Shown here piece by piece: positions 50,425 to 61,643 of a stretch of DNA of 64,000 nucleotides. The DNA is from a virus. Its lineage: Duplodnaviria > Caudoviricetes. Each line of letters opens with the position of its first letter. The first letter of the stretch is position 1. The stretch covers positions 1,724-65,723 of the IMG/VR virus record IMGVR_UViG_3300032305_001697; one strand, 5' to 3'. The notes beneath the pieces are model-generated. The model was not told where the DNA came from and ran no database searches. It saw nothing but the letters and a program-made list of their open reading frames with translations. Made by a program: the position numbers and the translations under genes.

Positions 50425-50875
50425 TTCGTCACTTTCTTATTCTGTTTAAAACAAGACGAACACCATCAAGCATAAGCTCAATTTCTCCAACATATTCGTT
50501 TTGTAGTTGATCCTTGATTTCTTCCATAACATCAGTAACAGAATGTTTATTTTTTTCCCAAACTATACAATATCCAAAAATATCATCTCTTTCTACATCA
50601 TCGCCCCAACCATAAATACCAGTTAAAGAATCTGATACATCTATTTTAATATTCTCATCCCAAACTTCTATAGTGTCTAATCTATTTAGATCTACTTTTT
50701 TTCTAAAGCCTTCTATAAATTCTTTTGCTAAGACTGATACTGTTTTTGTCATAATTTTTCCCCTTGTATTATAAATCTCTTTTTCAGTCGATACAGAAAA
50801 TTAGGATCATAAAACTCTACGGAAGTTGATTGTGGGAATACCCGCGATCCCAACCTTTCGGCATCAACATTGTTA

Positions 50876-51496
50876 TTATACCAGCAGTTCATCTTTAGTC
50901 AACTGGTAAGTTTCCAACTCGTCTAAACACATAAACTTAGTCTTTCCATGTTGAATAGTCTTAGACCGATGCCAATGACCAAAAAACCACAACTTTGGTT
51001 GATGAATATTGTATAACTCCTGCAAAGCCCAACTGGTTATATTCTCATATGTTCTTTGACCCATATGTAACATTTGAGCAGCAATATCTGTTGGACAATC
51101 ATGAGTTATTACAAGGTCTGGTTTTTTTAAACGATATAGTTCTCTCGCGTTCATAAAATCTTCGATTCTTACTTGCTCATTTTCCCACCAATCAATACCG
51201 ATAGTACGATATTGTCGGTCAATACTATAAGCACCACGATAATAAAAGAACTCTATTCTGTTCAGACTTGTATATCCATAGTCTCCCAAAAAATGAGGAT
51301 AATTATAACAAGTATTATAATTGTCATGATTACCTGGCAATATAAGATGTCTTGTAGAATCTACATTTTTCAATGTATCATACTTAAACCCAAAGTCACC
51401 AATTTGGAGAGTATATGGATGACGCTCAGTTTGTCGAACAATTTTGTGGTAACGATCATACTTGCCATGAACGTCACCAATTAATGTAATACTCAT
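50876..51496 (-). CDS. Calcineurin-like metallophosphoesterase
   Basis: GDVHG, GDFG, GNHD, THDCP, FGHWH. Confidence 0.9.
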   Translation of the reverse strand: MSITLIGDVHGKYDRYHKIVRQTERHPYTLQIGDFGFKYDTLKNVDSTRHLILPGNHDNYNTCYNYPHFLGDYGYTSLNRIEFFYYRGAYSIDRQYRTIGIDWWENEQVRIEDFMNARELYRLKKPDLVITHDCPTDIAAQMLHMGQRTYENITSWALQELYNIHQPKLWFFGHWHRSKTIQHGKTKFMCLDELETYQLTKDELLV

Positions 51497-52161
51497 ATGA
51501 AAGTTTCTAGTTTTATTTCGCCTTCTTTAACACTTAAATAGGTGCAACTCTTTTCTGTCCAACACCCACTATTAGCATACCACACAGCATGGTCTTTGTC
51601 AATGATTGGATAATGAGTATGTCCTAAACAAACACAATCAATAGTTTTGTTTATAGCATATTCCCTTGACTTTTGCATCATATGCTCATTACATCTAAGA
51701 TATATTTTAGATCGCTGCTTGATAAATTGTGGCAGAAATCTTTTATCAAATCTTTGAATAGTTCTATAGAAAAAATCTGCTATCTTTGTAGTATTAGGAT
51801 ATTTGTAAATAAAATCATCAAACTGATCGCCATGCAAACACAAAAAGTTTTTGTTTCCACTAGAAAAAACGTATTCGTTCTTAAAATCTATACCAATTAA
51901 ATGAGAGATAGTTTCAGCATCACCATCATGGTTGCCTCTGATCCAAATAATCTCTACATATTTACTCATTCGTCGCAATAAAGACAATATCTTCCAATGA
52001 TTCTTCTTTAGTCTGCGAAAATCTAGATTATCAAAAAAGTCTCCGTTAATAATAAGTCTATTTGTTTTAAAAAATACTAATTCTAGAAAAGCATACAATT
52101 GTTTGCTTTCACAAACATCGCTTCCTAAATGAGTGTCGCTTATTATTATTGCATCCAGCAT
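51493..52161 (-). CDS. LpxH-like metallophosphoesterase
   Basis: ISDTHLGS, NGDFFD, GNHD, LHGDQFD, GHTH, NSGCW. Confidence 0.85.
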   Translation of the reverse strand: MLDAIIISDTHLGSDVCESKQLYAFLELVFFKTNRLIINGDFFDNLDFRRLKKNHWKILSLLRRMSKYVEIIWIRGNHDGDAETISHLIGIDFKNEYVFSSGNKNFLCLHGDQFDDFIYKYPNTTKIADFFYRTIQRFDKRFLPQFIKQRSKIYLRCNEHMMQKSREYAINKTIDCVCLGHTHYPIIDKDHAVWYANSGCWTEKSCTYLSVKEGEIKLETFI

Positions 52162-53273
52162 TTATCTATACTCATCAAGTTTCAGTGCTTGAGTAAAAAC
52201 CTCAAACAACTTATCGGAATGACACTTCAATAAAATAGCAAGACCATTAAGAGCATTGGCTATTTCATCTTCACTAAGACTACGATTAGATACAGATTCA
52301 CTCAAATCATTAATATGAGTAACAAAGTTATAAGTATCAGTAATTTTGCTTTCTAAATCAAATCTGTCGGCCATTGTTTTGTCCTTTCAAGTAGTCAACC
52401 ATATATCGTGCAGTATCTTCAGCATTATTACCTCCAAGGTAATAGCCATACATCATATCCCATAGTTTATCAAAGTGTTTTCTATTGTTAACGTAAGACC
52501 CTTCAAAAAACTTAAAATAATCCGTATACTCTCTCTCTATATACCATGTAATACAATTCCAGAAATGAACAACTTCACTAGATACTTTGTGATTCATAGA
52601 TATTTATACTCTTTCAGAATATTATACAAATTCTTCAAATCATCTTCATTTAGCCTTAATTCGTGAGGATCACTATTATTATAACTGAAAACTCTCACAA
52701 GATAAGGTTTGTTTTTTAATTTTTTATTGTGATGAATTTCAATTAGATCAAACTCTAAAATTATGGTTCGTAGTTTTGTCACAAACTTTAGGGAGTTGCC
52801 CCACCAAAATAAAAGTTTAATATGCTAACTTTAGGATTATATTTAGATGAATGAAGTAGCGAACCATCTTCTCTAACTTCTATTGAACCAGTATGAATAA
52901 TATGTCCAATAGAAAAGTCATCTTTTAGCAAACGCAACTCGCTAATTTCATGCAACCAATTCCAATGATTATACTGAAACGATTCATTACCGTCAATAGA
53001 TAGCGAAATCATAACAGTAGAACTTAAATGTTCATTCAGATAAAAATGTAAAATATTACTCATCAATCTACCCTAAAAGTTTGTGTTCTGGATACAATCC
53101 TACTGTAAGATCATCATTAGTATAATATTCGCCACGATTATAGGCCGGCATAGACGCTGGTGATGGTTCCATTCTTTTAATAAAATTATCGGCAAAGTTT
53201 GCACCTTCCCAAAAATCTTTAAATACTTTAACCTGTTCTACGCTATTATTTCTAACAACAGCAAAAACCCAGT

Positions 53274-53549
53274 TCATACAATTACTCCACTTCGCCCAAG
53301 AGCAATTTTAACGCCCATCTTCTTATTATAATTCTCCTTCTTGCTACACATAGCAAGACCACGAAAATGCTTTCCATCTGGACTGTCAATAATTACCTGA
53401 GTAGAACCACCCTTACTATCTGGATCAACAGGAGCATTTCGTTGAATATATTCATGACTACCATTTTGCCAAGCATGATAGCCGTTATAAAGACGATTAT
53501 GAAGAACCCTTACCTTATAGCCATTATTACGCAGTTGTTGAACGGTCAT
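53274..53549 (-). CDS. Gp49/gp66-like small protein (possible nucleotide-signal sponge)
   Basis: T.V.....G..F.G.A.C...ENY....G.KIA pattern. Confidence 0.45.
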   Translation of the reverse strand: MTVQQLRNNGYKVRVLHNRLYNGYHAWQNGSHEYIQRNAPVDPDSKGGSTQVIIDSPDGKHFRGLAMCSKKENYNKKMGVKIALGRSGVIV

Positions 53550-55035
53550 TTTTTTTCTCCATACTTTTTAAAGTAGTGTCAAATCTATCTTGTAGTTGTT
53601 TAGTAGTAACACTAATGTTGTTGTGAATAGCAACTACATTTGATACTTTCGGCCATTGACGCTTAGTTACTTTCCACTTGAGTTTACTTTCAATATAATG
53701 TATACTCATATTTCCTACTACATCCCATACAACATCGCTATGATCTGCATCAATAACAAATGATGCCTCTTCCTCTGTGAAACGAGTCATGGTTACAACA
53801 AACTTACCCATTTGATTCTCCCTCAGTAAGATCGTTCATAAACTGTCTACTTTCCACAAGATAACTCATGATATAATTAGCAGTATTATTCACACTATCT
53901 TCACATTCGTGATGAACATGAATCATATTACGAATAGTATATTTTTCATCATCAGTTAGTCTACCAAGATCAGACTGACCATTATGATATTCATCATCAA
54001 TATAATCAGCAATAGCCCTAGTATACTGTTCAAGTGACCATTTCATAATTATGATTCCTTATGTATTAGGCGTATTGCTTTTGATTTTTAAGTCTGGACA
54101 GAATACTAATATACTTTTCAGCATCCTCTCGACTATCAAATTCTGTAACAATAGTAGCCCCGTCAGTCTTGGGAAGATTAATGGGTTGACCATTTTGAGT
54201 AACAACGAACTTACCATTCTTTTCAATAACTGACAAAGTATCACTAACTTTCATCTTAGTCTCCATAAGGTTTCAAACGCTAAACAGCAGTAACAGTAAT
54301 CATTATATCACGCCAAACGGTCTAGTCAATAGGTTTTTATCCGAATTGTGTCCACTTTCTTTCACTAACAATATCCTTAAACTTTTCACCAGCAGGAGTT
54401 AGTTGTACCATTCCACCTACACAGAAAATACAACCATCCTTATCGCCAGGATTATCATATCTATCACCACCTTCTTCGTCATAGTGGTCAAAATACAGAG
54501 TCAATCCTGTGTTTTTATAAAAGGTATTTTTCAGATCAACAATAAGATTTTCATAGTCTTGAAAAATATCTTCTACAATCTTATCCTCACTCAATTCAAG
54601 TCTAATAACGGGTTTAGACTTATCTTCCTCTACAGAAGTATATAGTTCGTCTTTAAGATTGTCAGGATCGTCCCAACTCAACCACTGACCAATAGTTCCC
54701 CAGCCAATATCATTAAAATACTTTGCTTTTTCAATAGACTTGATTTCTTCAGGACAAATCTTTTTCAGATCATTATATTCGATAACAAAACTTCCAACAG
54801 CAAAACTACCCATTCCCATGATTATTTCTCCAAGTTAATTTATTAAGTGGTAAGTTCTTTAAGATATTCGTCAATATCGGTCTGAAATTCACTATCAACA
54901 CCCAAAACCATAGCAGCATGATAAAGAATATGATCGCGTGGATCATTACCGTCCACAATATATTCTTCGTATGAAGTATGTTCGCAATCGCTGTCCATAA
55001 TATATCTGGCACATTCTTCAGCGGCAGACTTATAA

Positions 55036-55437
55036 TCAACTGGTGACATAAACATTCTCCAAAAGGGTGAGGTTGTTAGTAAAGATTATACCACGTTTGC
55101 CACTAATGTCAAGAGGCTGGTCAAATTTCTTGACAGAGCAAACTACCCATCCGTATTTCGGCTTATCATTCCAACTATAAAACGGATCATTTTGTGATAC
55201 CAGATGCCTATTATGGTCATTAATCCAATCAGTCTTAGTTGGATATTTAAAACTATGACTAAAGGTAATAGTACCAATAACTCTGGCCTTAAATTTTCCA
55301 AGTTTGCCAGGAGTTTCCACCAGATATAATTCAACGCCTTCATACTTTAATGGTAAGTGATATGAACGTGTCTCTACGCTTTTCAGCCCATTAATTAAAA
55401 GACTTGACCACGGGGCTTGAATGTTTAAACCAGTCAT
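55036..55437 (-). CDS. ASCH domain protein
   Basis: LNIQAPWSSLLINGLKSVETR...IG...YGW...G.RG. Confidence 0.8.
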   Translation of the reverse strand: MTGLNIQAPWSSLLINGLKSVETRSYHLPLKYEGVELYLVETPGKLGKFKARVIGTITFSHSFKYPTKTDWINDHNRHLVSQNDPFYSWNDKPKYGWVVCSVKKFDQPLDISGKRGIIFTNNLTLLENVYVTS

Positions 55438-55949
55438 TTAATCCTCTGTAGTATCATCAATATACCAATCATATTCACCATCCCTAGCAAATCCTTCCAA
55501 ATCCTCACTAAGACTATCAATAGCAAAAGTAGCATCCTCACTATTAGAATCTTTAATTTCTGGAAAATCAAATACTACATGAATTTTCATTGTGTTACCT
55601 CAATATGCCACTTATTACCATGAAGTTCAGCAACAACACCCATTTTTAGTTTAACAAGTTCGGCCACAATAGCCGCCAACTTTTCAGTCTCATTAAGATA
55701 AAGATAGATCATTTACAATCCTCCTTATATCCATTATTAAAACTCTGAAAAAGACCATCGACATCTTCGATAGAATATGGTCTATGATTAGGCAACCCAA
55801 ATGCGTCAGTATTTTTCATGCTCAAAACAAGATTTTCCAAAGCATCAAGGATAATTTCCATATCATGCTTTTCAATGTAATAATTCATATTAACTCTCAT
55901 TAGCCCTTTATACGAGTATACCATAGTTCGTTTCCTCTGTTGTGCTACC

Positions 55950-55978
55950 AGTATACACTACTTATCGGCAGTTGTCAA
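55950..55978 (-). promoter_or_regulatory. Early sigma70-type promoter
   Basis: TTGACAACTGCCGATAAGTAGTGTATACT. Confidence 0.7.
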
Positions 55979-58413
55979 CTGCTACTTGACCCATTCATCG
56001 AATCCATAACTCATAGCGTCCTCAATATTGCTCTCAGGATGTTGTTTCATATATTTTAGAGCAAAAAGAACAACTTCTGGTACAAGACCATATTTATGAG
56101 CATCTCTAATAAAAACACTAACAATATCAAGTTCAGTATTAATATCTCTCATTTTTAGCCTTTTCTTCAAAATCTAAAAACTTAGGACTCATTAATTATT
56201 CTCCATCTTGAGGAACTATCTTATAATCATCAACCACACACTTCTGCAAAAGATTAACAGCAGTTTCCAATAAGGAATTGGTTGTTTTCAAATCATCAGC
56301 AAGAGTATGTTCTATTTTATTAGCATTAAATGCTAACATAAAAAGTCTTTCTTCATAATCAAGCAAGAATTCTTGGACATTTTTTCTGAGATTGTCGTTC
56401 ATTATTTATCTCTCTAGTTGATTAACAACTTATCACTAATATTTCGATATTCTTCCATCATCTTTTCTCTTGTTTCATAAGATGCAAGAAGTTGGTTTCC
56501 TCTTTTGAGATCAAATCTAATATGATATAATTTGTTTCCAGAAAAACTGTGGCAAGTTATACCATCAATATTTTTAGTTTTAAGGATGAAACATCCGCCC
56601 ATAGCACTAATTTCAATATACTTCATTGTTCATTCTCTCTATACAATGGATAGTCTTGTTCATTCTTTAGTAGTTTTTCGGCCAATCCTAGAATCTCTCT
56701 TTCGCTCCACCCACTAAAATAGCCCCTCATATAAATTTGGGTCAATTCATTACGAGGAGTATTCTCATAATATTTCTGCACAGATTCTATCCAAGTTTTT
56801 GTGGCTTGTTGTAGGAGATTCATTTGTTATACTCAACTATCCTATCTATAAATTTTAGACATTGCATAAATGCAATAAAATAAAGAAGATAATATTCCCA
56901 ACGAGGTATAGTTATCATTAGTTATTCTCCAAAGTATTATTCACTTCAAGTACCTCGTTACTATATTGATAGTGAATATTTGTCCAAAACTCGCCCTGTT
57001 CAATAATTAGTTCATAATTATAAAACTTACCTTCGTGAAACATAGGAACAACAGAGGGTATTCTACCATCCTTAGCAGTTAAACTATTTCCACACAACGG
57101 GCCACCGACTAAGGAGATTATTGTGTTGTACTCTTTATCCATTAATATTCCTCCAACCATTCATAGAAAACCTTATTAGCCTCAAGATAACTATCGAAGT
57201 AAGCCACTTTCTTAAACTTGAAAGGCCCAATCATTCTTAGAATAAGTCGCCCATCAATCATCTCATTACCTTGAGTTTTACCATATTTGCGGGTATGAGG
57301 CCCAATAACATCTGATTCTTTTGATTTCTTGCCCATTACATCCCTATTTACCATAATTAAAGAATTGATTATTAGAAACTAGGGGCTTAATTTGTCTAAG
57401 ACGATTGAAAATAATGGTCAAATTCTTTGCTTCTGGCACAATTTTCTCATGCAGAGTATCACCAACAACCCTTTTAAGGAGGGCGATTTCTTTATCGGTC
57501 AACAATACATTCCTATACATTTTTCACTATACCTATTAAGAAAAATACCATTACCACACTGAGCCAGTATACCATAGAACCATACGGTTGTCAATAGGGT
57601 TTATCGGCCATTTCCCTAAGTGACCTTTAATCTTAATTTTACCACGGCCAAAAGCAATAAGTAAAAATTGTTCACTTTTTTGACAATTTAGATAGATATC
57701 CTGTTAATAACCTATGGTGCAGGATGAAAGTTAAAATTTTGAGTGGTGAAAATGGGGGTTTTATATGTGCTATGATAGTATTTCTCAACTAAAAATCTAG
57801 CAGAAGCCATAGAAACTAGGGTCACAGCACCTACTATCACCATTCCATGAATAAAAGGGATGTGAAAATCGTATTTGTTCATTTTTCATTTCTAACTATA
57901 AAAATTGTGCTTATTGTGCAGAAAATAAATATTCCAACTAATACTGTCCAACATATAATTTCAGACTTAGCCACAAAACCACCTATAGATTCTTTGCCAT
58001 AGTGTTTCTGGTGGTCTAATGTATTTTGGAATTAAGAATGAATTTCCTTTTACTAATCCAGTCTTCTTAGGAGTTCTTTTTGTTACTCTCTTTTTCTGCT
58101 TAACTTTTTTCTTGGCCATAATTTTTCACTGACTATGAGCAACTGGGGCAAACTTGATATATTAAGTGAGACAGAATTATTCCTTGTATTCTAACTTTGG
58201 AATTAAACTATCTCCACTATGATTAGTAATTTGTTTAATAGATATTACAAGTACTATTTCCTTATTATCTACATTACTATTTTTACTTATTAGTTTCTGA
58301 ATATCTTGTAGTATCTTGTTGCCATCAATATTTTTATCTAATTTATAACAGATCATAATATCTCGCTGACTGTTTCCATACATTCCGAATATGGTGGTTT
58401 AGAAAAAACAAAT

Positions 58414-58500
58414 CGGAAGAAGTAGGATTCGAACCCACGGAGGTTATTAAGCCTCTTCTGATTAGTAATCAGATGCAATAGACCACTCTGCCATTCTTCC
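58414..58500 (-). tRNA. tRNA-Ser(ACT)
   Basis: GGAAGAA/TTCTTCC, G73, TCTGA-TT-ACT-AA-TCAGA, long variable arm GAGG...CCTC. Confidence 0.85.
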
Positions 58501-58525
58501 TATCCTAAAAATTAGGAATTAAATA

Positions 58526-58753
58526 TCACTGAGAATGACGAGCATTATAACGTGCCACTCGCCTGGCTTTAGAATTATGAGCAACCTTGTTGACAACTCT
58601 AAAAGGAGCCGTTACAATCGCACCAGTGGTTCGTACAACACTAGTTCCAAGGGATCGAACTGGAGTGGTCGAACAAGTACCAGTCAAACAATCACCAAAA
58701 CTAACAGACGATACAGTAACAACGAGCATTAGAGCCATAATAAAATTCTTCAT
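58526..58753 (-). CDS. Small secreted protein
   Basis: Signal peptide followed by GDCLTGTC and a basic tail; AGGAG RBS. Confidence 0.6.
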   Translation of the reverse strand: MKNFIMALMLVVTVSSVSFGDCLTGTCSTTPVRSLGTSVVRTTGAIVTAPFRVVNKVAHNSKARRVARYNARHSQ

Positions 58754-58803
58754 AAATAATCTCCTAGGTTAAAAAATAAAATCATCCTTGACAAATCATC
58801 CAA

Positions 58804-58875
58804 CTGCCAAAATAGGACTCGAACCTATAACCGGTCGGTTAACAGCCGACTGCTCTACCATTGAGCTATTTGGCA
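58804..58875 (-). tRNA. tRNA-Asn(GTT)
   Basis: GTCGG-CT-GTT-AA-CCGAC; canonical D and T arms. Confidence 0.92.
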
Positions 58876-59147
58876 ACTTCATCCAAGTACATTGAATAAT
58901 AAACTATTCCAAATAGGATGACAATAAGTATCATTCTTTACTATTCATCAATCCACTAAGAATACCATAACCAATAGCATACCAAACAACATACGGCAAA
59001 AAGATTTCAACTTGAATAAATCACCTTTTGTTCCAGAGTAAATGGACGGAGTGCCACAGTATTATACTTTATCGACGGAGTTGACGCAACTCCTTGAAAC
59101 TAAACAACTTACAAACAAAACCAGCATCGGCCACTTTTTATTATCAC

Positions 59148-59209
59148 TTGACAGGTATAGTAATCTGAACTATGTATTATGCAGGTGGGTGGGTATAATA
59201 TATATACTA
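59148..59209 (+). repeat. Plus-strand conserved non-coding element, copy 2
   Basis: TTGACA-N14-AACTATGTATTATGCAGGTGGGTGGGTA. Confidence 0.6.
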
Positions 59210-59328
59210 CTACATCATATCTTTTCTAACCATGACCCATAAGAATTTTACTGCCACACACCTTGACCTCTATTGTCCAGTTACTATGATAGTATGTATG
59301 GCAAACTTCCACAGAGTAAAGGTGAATT

Positions 59329-59469
59329 ATGGATAAAGATTTATTAGCAGTTATCGGAAAATTATATTTAGAGAATGTTAACCTGTATAATACAGTAGAC
59401 TATTTACAAAAACAGCTTAAACAATTAACAGAGACAGAAAAGTCTATAGGACCAGTAGAAACTGAGTGA
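59329..59469 (+). CDS. Small 46-aa coiled-coil protein (not in the ORF track)
   Basis: MDKDLLAVIGKLYLENVNLYNTVDYLQKQLKQLTETEKSIGPVETE; AAAGGTGA RBS; upstream TTGACC-N17-TATGAT. Confidence 0.55.
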   Translation: MDKDLLAVIGKLYLENVNLYNTVDYLQKQLKQLTETEKSIGPVETE

Positions 59470-59740
59470 CTATAAATAATACATTATGATTATATGACCT
59501 TTCACTCTGTATAATAGACTCCTATTTTTCGCTGACTATCGCCACGACTGCAAACCTGCAGGATAAGGTGGTACAAAATTAATGTAATAAATATTATAAA
59601 TGTGCAAGATATACAATCATTCAAATATTATAACAAATCATTTTTGTCATAAGTCCTTGCAGGATCAGCACTTACATCCATTGTATCGTCAAAGCAGGGT
59701 TGGGTCCATCAGCACATACAAGATTCTTTGACAGAGTTTC

Positions 59741-59822
59741 CGCAAACCCTTGTGGATATTATACTTACGACAAATTGGCGGGCCGGGATCACCGTAAATC
59801 ATTGCTGGAGCAACAACTTACG
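59741..59822. repeat. Composite palindrome element (palindrome-GGCGGGCCG-palindrome)
   Basis: Two ~29-bp imperfect palindromes ending ACTTACG flank GGCGGGCCGG. Confidence 0.6.
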
Positions 59823-59849
59823 GCGACCACCGGTTTCCACCACGAAGAA

Positions 59850-60797
59850 TCAGACGGCGTTCGCAAACTCCATAGCCTTTTCCAAGGCTTTAATATTATC
59901 ATTACCATTTTGACCAAACCACAAAGAGTCGAGGCGATTATCCTCTGTGCGACCCTTATTATAGTTCAGGTATTCGTTATACCCATTATAAGCAGCCCAC
60001 CAAGTACCACGAACATTTGTGGCCGATTGCTTCGGGCCTTCAACGAGAGCCAGAATCTCGTCCATGATATTACGAGTACGAGTCTTGATATCAGCATCAA
60101 TAGTACCCTCAATACCAAGCATAACCTTAACATACCGATTAATATCAGCCTGCTTAAAGTTCTTACTAGCAAGGAATCGAAACTGCTCCGCAGTAGCCTC
60201 AAACTGAACATTAATATTATCCATAATATCTCTAACCTGTTCCAGATTATTCTTGCTGGAACGAGTATGACGAATACGAATCAGTTTGCTATTGGTGTTA
60301 TTGTGAGCCATAGCAAGCGTATTCACACAGACCACCCGAATGGGGGTGTAGCCCACTCTGATAGCAGTAGTACCGTCGTGCGAGTTACTAAGCAAAATAA
60401 ACTTGCAAACCTCGTCGCCACGAACAATCTCGCTATTGTCGCGGTTGAGTTGAGCAAGAACCCAAACCTTTTGACCACTGTGGAGCGAACCAGCAGTATG
60501 GATACCACACTCACCAGCATCAAGAAAAGGCTGGAACCAATCGAAAGCATCCTTGTTCTGGAGCGGCGTATAACGCGGCCCAACAACGCCAAGAATACTA
60601 CCATCGGTCTTACGATATGTGGCACGATGAGAAACGGGAACACCGTCAACCGTCTGAAGATCCTTCAGTCCAACTTCCCAATCCAGACCAGCAGACACAA
60701 TAGCGTCTTCGACGCCAATATCGGCATCGACCTTATTTCCAAGACCGTGCCAAGGGGTAGCACCAACAAACATCATTTGCTCAACAACAGCAGGCAT
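59850..60797 (-). CDS. DUF932 (phage/plasmid-like) protein
   Basis: PWHGLG, AGLDWEV, Y.PLQN.DAF, AGSL..G..VW, NSHDG, PIRVVC.NTL, RHT, GTWWAAYN. Confidence 0.9.
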   Translation of the reverse strand: MPAVVEQMMFVGATPWHGLGNKVDADIGVEDAIVSAGLDWEVGLKDLQTVDGVPVSHRATYRKTDGSILGVVGPRYTPLQNKDAFDWFQPFLDAGECGIHTAGSLHSGQKVWVLAQLNRDNSEIVRGDEVCKFILLSNSHDGTTAIRVGYTPIRVVCVNTLAMAHNNTNSKLIRIRHTRSSKNNLEQVRDIMDNINVQFEATAEQFRFLASKNFKQADINRYVKVMLGIEGTIDADIKTRTRNIMDEILALVEGPKQSATNVRGTWWAAYNGYNEYLNYNKGRTEDNRLDSLWFGQNGNDNIKALEKAMEFANAV

Positions 60798-60839
60798 ATC
60801 TAACTCCTTCGTGTGGGTTTATCGTTCTCTGATGCACTG

Positions 60840-60867
60840 ATTATACAGTATGTTATCGGCGTGTCAA
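60840..60867 (-). promoter_or_regulatory. Early sigma70-type promoter for DUF932
   Basis: TTGACACGCCGATAACATACTGTATAAT. Confidence 0.75.
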
Positions 60868-60896
60868 CAGGCAAACTTGTGAAAAAATTTACTTTC

Positions 60897-60976
60897 CGCA
60901 AGTGCTTGGTAGATAAGGGGTTACGCTAACCCGGCCCGCCAGCCCATCCTAAGTCTTTTATGGACAAGGATTTAGG
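60897..60976. repeat. Composite palindrome element, inverted relative to 59741..59822
   Basis: CGCAAGTGCTT-N7-AAGGGGTTACG, then CCGGCCCGCC, then CCTAAGTCTTT-N7-AAGGATTTAGG. Confidence 0.65.
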
Positions 60977-61452
60977 AGAGGCATACCAAAATCACGCTCA
61001 AACAGTTTAGAGGTTTTTGAAGTATATGCACATTCTTCTGGCATATAACAGTAAAGTCCAATACATTTTGACTTTGGACATTCTTCATGAACAGTATTTT
61101 TAATATACTTAACTGTTTCTCCAGAGCAAATAAGATCATCAATAATAACATATCTAAAAGGAGTTACTCCTTCCATAGAAAATGTACTATATGATTGTCC
61201 TTGTTTACGAATAATAACAATATGCTTGTTAAGAATCTCAGCGATTTGTGGGACAACCATTAGACCGCTTACTCCACAGCAAGCGATAGAATCAAACTCT
61301 TTAGTAATCTTCCTCAAATCACAAACCGCTTTTATAATAGCCTTATTACGAACTTTATGATTTAATACTTTGCAAGTATGACTAGCCCCTTGAATAACTT
61401 TGCCATCAGGCATTCTTCTAAAGTCGTCCAGTTCTTGATGTAGAGTATTCAT
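60958..61452 (-). CDS. Type I phosphoribosyltransferase-like protein
   Basis: IACCGVSG, IIRK, VIIDDLICSGETV. Confidence 0.8.
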   Translation of the reverse strand: MNTLHQELDDFRRMPDGKVIQGASHTCKVLNHKVRNKAIIKAVCDLRKITKEFDSIACCGVSGLMVVPQIAEILNKHIVIIRKQGQSYSTFSMEGVTPFRYVIIDDLICSGETVKYIKNTVHEECPKSKCIGLYCYMPEECAYTSKTSKLFERDFGMPLLNPCP

Positions 61453-61478
61453 AAAATATACTATATATTTAGAGTAAC

Positions 61479-61643
61479 TTATTCGTCAATCAACTCATCT
61501 GTGATATTATGATAATAGTTTTCCCACTCATTATGTTCTACTGCTTCAGAATCATCATAATCCCATTGATCATCATATGTATACAGATCTTCACTATCAT
61601 CTGCGATTGAACGATAATCATCATAATCATAATAACTAGACAT
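61479..61643 (-). CDS. 54-aa highly acidic, Tyr-rich protein (not in the ORF track)
   Basis: MSSYYDYDDYRSIADDSEDLYTYDDQWDYDDSEAVEHNEWENYYHNITDELIDE; AAAGGAG RBS. Confidence 0.65.
   Translation of the reverse strand: MSSYYDYDDYRSIADDSEDLYTYDDQWDYDDSEAVEHNEWENYYHNITDELIDE

Noticed and set aside
57600-57830. Replication origin in a gene-poor stretch
   Set aside because: I recognised no iterons or DnaA boxes, so the call cannot be supported.
59700-60803. 367-aa plus-strand ORF
   Set aside because: It is the antisense shadow of DUF932, has no motif or RBS, and is explained by codon bias on the coding strand.
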